Source of the DNA: Octopus bimaculoides
Lineage: Eukaryota
Reading direction: 5' to 3'
NCBI RefSeq assembly: GCF_001194135.2
Contig: NC_068982.1
Coordinates: forward strand, 132,418,772 to 132,480,711
DNA length: 61,940 nucleotides
Shown: piece by piece, positions 52,800 to 61,940 of the stretch
How positions within the stretch are numbered: the first letter of the stretch is position 1
Layout of the letters: each line of letters begins with the position of its first letter
Made by a program: the position numbers and the translations under genes
The notes under the pieces: generated by a model
The model's database searches: none
Told to the model about the DNA's origin: nothing
The model's input: the letters and a program-made list of their open reading frames with translations, nothing else

Positions 52800-53070
52800 G
52801 TATGGCTCAGTTATATAACATATTGCTAATCCACTTGGATTTTGTCATCTTATCTGTAAGATCCAACATTCGGAAATTTAATCTCGCTACTTTCTTTCTT
52901 TTCCTCATCCGTACAAGTAATCGTATTTGACATAACATGGCATTTTCTTCACACCAAGTATTTCATTGTCTGTTTGCATCAAATTTCTAGTCATCTCTCT
53001 TGTGTTCTTTAACTGATACTGTTAATGCTTAGCTACTCCTTCAGTTGATCATTCTTGCCTCATTTCTCCC
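52800..53070 (-). pseudogene. RTE inter-domain fragment, heavily decayed
   Basis: MQTDNEILGVKK...ITCTDEEKKE resembles the RTE linker. Confidence 0.4.
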
Positions 53071-53285
53071 CAGTCCTCACAGATCTTTCATATTTAATGG
53101 TTTTGTCTCTCACTAGCAAGCAGCAACATGCTCCTTATGCATGCTTCATACTATCTACTTTTTGCACAAAGTGGAATCCTATGTTGACAACAGATGTAAC
53201 AACACCCTGGAATTCTAATGAATATAGTCTTTTATGAAAAGCAACGTTAATGCAATTCTTGATATCTAATCTCACATTGTATTAT

Positions 53286-53430
53286 TAACCCTTTTGTTGC
53301 TATATTTCCAATTAAGAACACTGTCTTTGTTTTAATTAATTTTGTTAATAATAAATGATAACATTGATAGGAAGTACGTATCATAGAACTAGGGGTGGTC
53401 TCAGACAGGTTGGAATCAAAAGGATTCAAG
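53286..53430. mobile_element. piggyBac-like MITE remnant
   Basis: TTAA-CCCTTTTGTT start and AATCAAAAGGATTCAA end; similar termini at ~16314 and ~16945. Confidence 0.4.
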
Positions 53431-55041
53431 ATTTCAGATGTATAACATGCCTGCATAGCATATTACTTTTGAGCCTCATGCAAATTCCTGCACTAATCCA
53501 TATAGATCAGTATGGATATGAAAAGAAGAATATTTATAAGAAAACTATGAGATATTATATGGAAACTTAGAGGGAAAAGAAGATTAAACCCAGTACATAT
53601 GTTCCTTAAGAGAAAAACACGAGTAGAATCATCCCCTCTTTTCATGACTTGCAACTGAAAATCAAAATGTTTATGACATTCATTTAAAATCAACTGAAAT
53701 CCACAGTGTATTCCCTTAAAGCAATATTGCTCTTGCCACTCTGAATTGAACAAGCTTCTGGGAGTAAATGAAATCCTTTATAATATACTACTCTTTCTGA
53801 AACATAGGCTTAAAAGTCAATATTTATTCTTTAATATATATATATATATATATAAGGAAAGATAAGATTATACAAAGCTATTTCAAGATATGGAACCTTG
53901 TAATTTTATCTGTTGCTAAAGTGACATGCACAAAAATATCTATATTTAAAATAACCATATTTTAAACCAAATATTTTATTTCTCTTACAGTTCTTGGGAT
54001 TTTTTTTTTCAATAAATTCATTTCAACATTTTTCAGTCTAAGCATGTGTCCATCCTAATTTTAAAAATAAAGTGAATTCTTTCTTTTATAATCTTAGCAC
54101 TGAATTCTATATTTTACAAGCATAGCGGTGTTATGTTAAACAAACCAGTTCCAAAACAAATTATTCTGGCTTTAGCTCAAAGGGTAATAATCATATATAT
54201 TACACTAAATGCTTCAACCAAGCATTAAATCTGGAAAAAATGAACCAAGACAAAATGTAAATTACTGAATTTCTGTGTAGAATATTTATAAAACAACAAA
54301 GGAACAAATGCTTTTCCAAATTTCTACAGGTCATCATAACCTTTTCTTTTTCTAAAAACAATGAAATATTTAGAAAATGGCAGTTAAATAAAATCTGCTA
54401 ATACTCAAGACCTTGTTGAAATAATATCATATAGGTCTTTTATGTCTGTTCAAATGAGAAAGAGCTGAACCCAGGCTTTCTATATCTTTTCTAGGAGGAA
54501 ACAGCGAACCTATTGTCCATTATAGTTACTATGAAAATAATACAATTGCATTTCAATTAATTATGTTGGAAAATGAATTACATGACCTGAAGTTCCAAAT
54601 AGATGCAATCAATTTAAAGAGAGATTGCGTGTACTGTCTTATGTAAAACACTTCAATAATAATGAAACAAAATTTTGGTTAGAGGTTAAAAAGACAAAGC
54701 AATTTAGCCTATAATGATCTGGGTGATGTTAGGATGGTACTGAGAAATTGGGAAGTTTTCTTAACTCAAAATAATTGGATTGATGAGGAGTAAAAGAAAT
54801 TGCTGTTGAAATTTTATGAAAATTCAGTTTGTATTAATATGATGTTAAGCTATATTTTATTATAGAACTTGAAAAAATAAAAATAAATAAATAAAAAATA
54901 CAAGTAAAAAGCTATATATGTAGTATACAGATAAAGCAAATATCAATAAAAATACATAATTTGATGAAATTAAAATTGAAGAAATGCATTGTCTGGGTTT
55001 ATTTTCTAGTTTTATCATGAAAATAAAAATGTTATATTTAC

Positions 55042-55132
55042 CATCCAAAATAAAGTTTCATTTGCAAATTCTGCATATTGTTCAATTGTGGACAATACAC
55101 TGAATATAAGACAGATTAGGACCATCATGAAT
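55042..55132 (-). CDS. KCNQ1: KCNQ1/Kv7.1-like K+ channel, internal exon encoding S1 and the S1-S2 loop (91 nt, phase 2 in, phase 0 out)
   Basis: Acceptor ttttgttttctag|A and donor ATG|gtaaat. Translates [30 protein letters not shown] versus recalled human [30 protein letters not shown] (23/30 identical). Length and phases match the recalled human exon 2. Confidence 0.95.
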
Positions 55133-55171
55133 CTAGAAAACAAAAAGAAAGAAAGAAAATAAGAATTTTTT

Positions 55172-55239
<68 letters not shown>

Positions 55240-56478
55240 ACGCATAACGCATAACGCATAAGTGGATGATGATGATGATGATGATGACGATGTAACAACT
55301 TATGAGAGACAACAATGGTAAGGATGACTAGATAAAGTAAGAATCTGTTCAATCAACTTTTAGAGTGTGCTTCTTTCTTGGATATATGATCCACTGATGA
55401 TATATATATACATACATATGTATGTATGCATGCATGTATGTATGTATGTCATTATTCAGTTTTACTCCAAGATTTATTGCTAATAGAGAAAGAGCTGGTT
55501 TCTAACCTAGATCCATTTAAAAAGCTTACAAAATATTGATACAATGAAATGTAGAGAACATTAACAATTAAATTTGTGAGTAGAATATTCTATAAGAAAT
55601 AATATTTCTGGTTATAAATCCAGGTATCTTAATTTTGAGATTTCCAACCAACAAATTATTCAGATGGCTTCCAGTTAAGCTTTTAGAATTATTTCACATA
55701 GAATTTTCATTAATAGCCTAGACAGGTTGTTTTATCAAACTTGGACAGACTATATTACTGAAGAAACAGTTTCTACAGCTGGTTGTCACCATTTCTTAAT
55801 ATCAAGAAGTAGAGTGGAAGCTGTTGTGGATGAGCAACAACATTTAGAGCTAAGTTCATTGCCCAGAGACCATAACACTGACTGTAAACAGTTTTGAACT
55901 TACAACTTTACATATGATAACAATAAATATCACCAATCTGAAATAAACTTGTATTTCTGTCTAAAAATGAAAGCATCTTTTAACCATTCAACATTTGTGA
56001 AATCTGAGGTGAGTTCCAGCATACTTCTTCTATTAATAAGAATACCAGTTAAAATCAAACATTGCATAATCAGACATGACACTGCTCAAATGAAGTTCAG
56101 TTAACAATATGCCACAATATTATTACCCTGCAATACTTTCTACAGTATCCTCTACAGTAATTCAGGATCCAGGTATCTACTGATTGAGTTGAAAAATATT
56201 TTTAATTGATCTAAAAGCAAATTTTGAGTGAAAAGAGTGGGGAAAAATCTGTGGAAGAATACAAAACTTCCTTCTTTTTTCATATTTTGTTATTTTCTGT
56301 GTCTAGAGGAAGGTTCATGGGGAGGGCCTTAGTATGTTCTTCTAGACCATATATTTTACATAGAAACAGATGGAAACTGAAAACAGCTGGAGCACATGGC
56401 TACTGAAAATTTACCTCAGTCAATTCCATCTGACACATGCAAGCATGAAAAACCAGATGTTGAAGGATGATGAGGAAA

Positions 56479-56512
<34 letters not shown>

Positions 56513-57668
56513 CGATGACGATGACAATGATGACAATGACGAGGAGGAGGAGATCTATTATTGTCCTTATGTACATGTAGCATGCTTTACATAAATGACT
56601 AAAAGATCAGTAGTCCATCATGATATGCATTCAGTCCATCCTGTTTGTATATCATTCTTTCTGCTATGGGCACAAGGCCTGAAATTTGTTGGGAGGGAGT
56701 CAGTCGATTAAATCGACTCCAGTACACAACTGGTACTTAGTTTATCGACCTCCACAAGGATGAAAGGTGAAGTCAACCTTGGTGGAATTTGAACTCAGAA
56801 CATAGTGACGGGCAAAATACGACTAAGCATTTCATCCAGCATACTAACGATTCTGACAGCTCATTGCCATGTTTATAAATAATATTGACTTTGTCAGTTA
56901 GAGTCATTCACTTGCACGTTTCTTTCCCTTCTCTTTCATTTTTCGTTTTTATCCAGCTCATTTGAATTTTGAACTCAGTACTCTATTTGTGAAATCGCTG
57001 CCATAAAGCACATTGCCTGGATCAAATTTAGCATATTTAAACTATTTTCTACCAACTTGATACAAACTCTTTCACTGGAAATGGCTACAGGCAGTATAGT
57101 AACTTTGATATGAAACACATTAAATAATATTTGCTGAGAAATGAAGAAAAATATTTCATTATAAGTTGAAAGAGATCCTTTTACACTCTAAAGATTTCTA
57201 GCCAAACCTAATTTTCTTGTGCTCTTTCATCAGTTTTATGTATATTTCTACTAATATTTCTACTAATAAGAACAAGATGTTTAGATAATGGTCAATTTAA
57301 TTCTATAATTTCTTATGCCCCCCCACACACACACACACACACCAGAATTTTATTCTTTTACTGGTTTCAGTCACTGTACCAAAATCAAGCTGGGGCACAC
57401 ACTTCAAAGGCATTAGTCAATTATGTTGACTTCATTGCTTTGCTTGAGATTCAGTTCATAAGACTATATATATCAGTTGAATAAGTTTATCTTGATTTAT
57501 GTCCCTTTTAGGAAGATAACTGACCTTAGAAAATAAATACTACAAGGTGTTTAGACCAATTTATACCAGTTTACACTAATACAGACACATGCAAACTCAT
57601 ATTACACACCACCACACACCACACATACAACCTCTCTCTCTCTCTTTCTCTCTCAAACACACAAACAT

Positions 57669-57709
<41 letters not shown>

Positions 57710-57759
57710 TATACATGCAGATATTTATATATATACACACATATATATACCACCTGGAT

Positions 57760-58050
57760 AGTAAATCAAGATATTCAATGAAATGACTAGCATAGCAGTA
57801 TTATCATAAACTGCTACAAAGGACTTAGAGAGAAGCAACAACAGAGAATCAAACTGCAAGACCAGGTTATGAAAATCATGGAGAGAGTCATAGCGCAGTT
57901 GATACATAATTGAGACACAGTTTGGCTTCATGTCCAGAAGGGGTACCATTGATGCCATCTTCCTAGTGGGGCAACTGTGGAAGAAATACTTGGCCAAAAG
58001 TAAACTATTATTCCTGGCATTTGTTGGCTAGGAGATAGTGCTTGACATGT
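57760..58050 (+). pseudogene. RTE reverse-transcriptase fragment
   Basis: IKLQDQVMKIMERVI...TQFGFMSRRGTIDAIFLVGQLWKKYLAKSKLLFLAFV. Confidence 0.8.
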
Positions 58051-59733
58051 TCTGCATTGAGAAATTTGGTGGTCACTAAGGAAACTAGATGTAGACAAGT
58101 GTCACCTGAGGGCTGCATCAACTTCATGCCCTCTGCATGAAAAACAATAGTTAAGGTAGTGTTTTCATTGTTAATTCGGTGAAGATCTGGCTCTTAAATT
58201 TTAAGTTCAAATCCTGCTTTGACCTTCAATTTGAAATTGTTTCATTTCATTTATTCCACTAACGTTCTTTTAAGTAACCTAATAAGCACTACAACTTACC
58301 ATTTTGTCTCTTCTTAGGTTCATCATTATTATCATCTTCATCATCATAATCCTCAACATAATAATTATCACCATCACCACCATCATAGCACCCCCACCTC
58401 ATTAATACCACCATTGTCATGAATACAATCATCATCATCGTTAAGTTACATCTGCTTTCCATGGTGTCATGGGGTGGATGAGTTATCACACTCCAAGTCA
58501 TCTTTCACTGGGGACAACAGCTCCCAATGGCTAATTATGCCATTTGGCCTGATTTCAAACACTGAATGCTTTTCCTTATGCTAATCACTGTATATATAAA
58601 AGAAGCTGAAATTTATTTTTGCTATTGATTTTGTTGTAATAACACTGAACAAACACAATCATTATTGTTGCTTGAGAAAATTTACAGTTTAAGTGCAACT
58701 GATCAATATTTTTTAGCAAGCAATCTTCATTTAATTAAGTGTATCTTATCAAAACAGCACAAAATATGAAATCATGAATGAAAAAAGTAACCTAAAGTTG
58801 TTGTTTAATCCCAGAATAATCTTGATAGAGCTAATGATAAAGCTATGATAAAAAATATTCCATTCATTTTCCAAGGTACAATGCAATCAAAACCACATTA
58901 TCCACTGGGCTGTTTTCAAAGGTGACAGGGGGTGTCACTATGACAGTGATTTGGTTTATATTTCTGACAATTTAAACAACCACAAAAATCCCTCCACTGC
59001 TTCATTGTTTCATAGAATTTAGGTAATACCAAACATTTCTCTACATGTACATAATGTGTATTTATAGGAATGTTGTATATAAGTATGTATGTACACATAT
59101 GTATATGAATGTTGTATATATGTGTATATGTTATATCCATTCATCCATCCATACACACACACATACATACATACATACATACATTACACACACACACACA
59201 CGCACACACACACACACAAGTAATCCCTTAGGTGCCAAACAAGAGTAGAGTAATATACTATTGTATTAAAGCTACAAGAAATCTTTATAAACTGATATGA
59301 CCATTTATCAGTCAGTTGTGATAACACTTAAATAATAATAATAAAATAATAATTAAGTTATGTGAATATATATACCAGAGTTATATTAGTCAGTATTGTC
59401 TGACGAATGGACACATGAGATTTTGAGTAGAGGTTTGTAAAAATTTTTTCAGCTTTAATAAAATGATATATTTATGTGTGTGTGTGTGCATTTTTTTTTT
59501 GTTAAAGCTGCAAAAACCATACAAAAAAACTGCTACTCAGAGTTTTACATTCCCATTTGTCAGGTAGTTGGGATCAAGATTCTTGATCACAACTGCCCAA
59601 CAAATGAAAATGTGAAACTCTGAGTAGCAGTTTTTTGGTATGGTTTTTGCAGCCTTAATAAAAAAGCATATCACTCTACCTTCGGTATTCAAGTGCTGTT
59701 TTGTTCTGCTTCGTTTTACATTTATGTGCTTAC

Positions 59734-59797
<64 letters not shown>

Positions 59798-59931
59798 TAT
59801 ATTAATATTTTGCATAGCAAGACTAATATAAGCTGGTGTAGAACTCAAGATACATATGGCCCAGAACACAATGTTATATGGGTATTGTTTGTTTCTTTCT
59901 TTCTGTCTGTCTCTGTCTCTGTCTCTCTCTC

Positions 59932-59985
<54 letters not shown>

Positions 59986-60372
59986 TATATATTCTTTTAT
60001 TCTTTTATATGTTTCAGTCCAATGACGGTGGCCATGCTGGAGTACCGCCATTGTGATCATCTTTCCACTCTCCACCTAGATTTTTGATCTTTTGATCAGT
60101 GGATGTGCATTACTTTGAGAATAATATGTTCGAATGGTGAATTCAGCAACACCATCTGGCCAAAGTAGCTACTCTGTGTTGATAAAGGGCAATAACACAG
60201 AAACTAGTCCACAAATGTTATTTCACACATGATGGGAATGCTGAGCTCTCTGTTCAAAAATATAAGGACACAGATAGTGTGTCATATAGCCAGCTAGAAA
60301 CAATGTTTCTTGGGGCTTAAACAACAGTAACATCATCCTTTTCAGGACAGCCACATTATGTTAGCAAATAGC

Positions 60373-60411
<39 letters not shown>

Positions 60412-61600
60412 CATGCATAGTACACAGGTGAAAGAATGAAGATGATGGTGATAAATAACTTTAGTAAGAATTACAATCATTTCAATAGCTGGTGGAACCA
60501 TTTACATATTGGGTTGTACACATGAAAGTTATTTAACTCCAAACAATAATTAATTTATTAATGAACGAGATTACAGCCTGCCATCTTATCAGACCTCTTA
60601 AGGTTACTATAATATACTTTGAGATTTTTCCAATAAATATATTGAGTGATGTTGGGTTACAGAATATCAGAACTATAAGTTAAGCAGCAAATGTCCACAC
60701 CACCTGAGATATTTCATCAAGTAGACAATGTAGATTAGGGATCAGATTACTTCCTTTGATTTAATGTAAATCTGTTATTGCTGCTATCCCTGACAAGTGA
60801 AGAGGTTATCAAGATCGTTGTATGCATGAACTGCGAATAGAAAGAAGGGAATTGCCTAGATGCAAAATAACAAGGAATACCTATATGCATACATAGATAT
60901 TTGCATATGTATTTTATTAGTGAAAGCAATTCACTGCTAGATTCTGTTTTACCATTTAGAATACATTGATTTTGTTTGCTAATTAGAATTTCCATTTAGC
61001 ATCCATTTATTAATTAGATTAAGATTACAATTTGAATCATAGAGAAAAGAGTTCGATTCGTAAACAGAACATATATTCGTACACTTAGAGACAAAGAAGA
61101 GTTCTGAAGAAATAAATGTTATGTATGTATAAAGAAGAAATCCATGCGTATTTTTTTTTCATTCTTATTATAAACCCCACACACACAAGTTACATCATCC
61201 CACCCACTGTGTTAATTATCAGATTTTAAGAAATGGAAAGCACTTTAAATTAGTTGGTAATTAGATCAAAGTATCAAGGCAACATAAATAATTCAAAGAG
61301 AAAAATGCAGAGAATGAATTGACTTCCATTCTAGTAGGTAGAAGGGAGAAGAGTAATTTAAAATCAAAAGACAGGGAAAGAGCTTTATACTTCATTTTAG
61401 AAGTATTCTAGATATCTATGTCACATCTTTAATCAGTGTAATTTGGTATTTAAAAAAATATAAATAAATACAATAGAACAAATACATTGCATAGTATATT
61501 ATACTTGTTTGAACATTTCAGATAAATATCTGGATTTCAGAAACCTATTTTATCAAACAAAAATGGATGTGAAAATAAAAGGAAAGAACATTCTATTTAA

Positions 61601-61940
61601 TGGTTAGTGAGAGCTGTGCGAGCCATGTACAGAGATGCTGCCAGTAAGGTGAGGGTTGGAAATGAGTACAGCAATGAATTCCGGGTAGAGGTAGGGGTCC
61701 ACCAAGGTTCCGTCCTCAGCCCCCTCTTATTTATCATAGTCCTCCAGGCAATCACAGAGGAGTTCAAGACAGGTTACCCCTGGGAGCTCCTCTATGCTGA
61801 TGACCTTGCCCTAATTGCGGAGTCACTATCAGAACTAGAGGAGAAGTTTCAGGTGTGGAAGCAAGGTCTAGAATTGAAGGGCCTTAGAGTCAACCTAGCT
61901 AAAACCAAGATCCTAATAAGTAGGAAGGTAGATAAAACAC
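61601..61940 (+). mobile_element. RTE reverse-transcriptase core, uninterrupted to the window edge
   Basis: WLVRAVRAMY...VGVHQGSVLSPLLFIIV...WELLYADDL...GLRVNLAKTK; 113 codons without a stop. Confidence 0.93.

Noticed and set aside
54495-54646. Plus-strand 50-codon open frame after a good acceptor
   Set aside because: No recognisable homology, no clear donor, and antisense to the host gene.

Overview
AT-rich, microsatellite- and retroposon-dense eukaryotic DNA with scaffold gaps. The repeat families (tRNA-headed SINEs with internal microsatellites, RTE LINEs with (GAT)n tails) suggest an octopus/coleoid genome; this is inference, not a search result. The host gene is missed by the ORF track. 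Two minus-strand exons of a KCNQ1/Kv7.1-like potassium channel are present: 55042-55132 (S1 and S1-S2 loop, 91 nt) and 18180-18306 (S2 and S2-S3 linker, 127 nt), separated by a 36,735-nt intron. The first coding exon and the S3-S6 exons were not found, so the window probably lies wholly inside this gene. The introns hold RTE, restriction-like-endonuclease (RLE) LINE, Penelope-like (GIY-YIG), mariner, MITE and SINE remnants. Most interesting: (1) two minimal Penelope-type hammerhead folds in the sense strand of the pre-mRNA, one with a non-canonical CUGUUGA core; (2) an unclassified ~361-bp highly self-complementary unit present as two circularly permuted, oppositely oriented copies; (3) SINEs that swap head and tail modules; (4) several fold-back inversions. 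All alignments, folds and family calls were made by eye, and human KCNQ1 comparisons are from memory.
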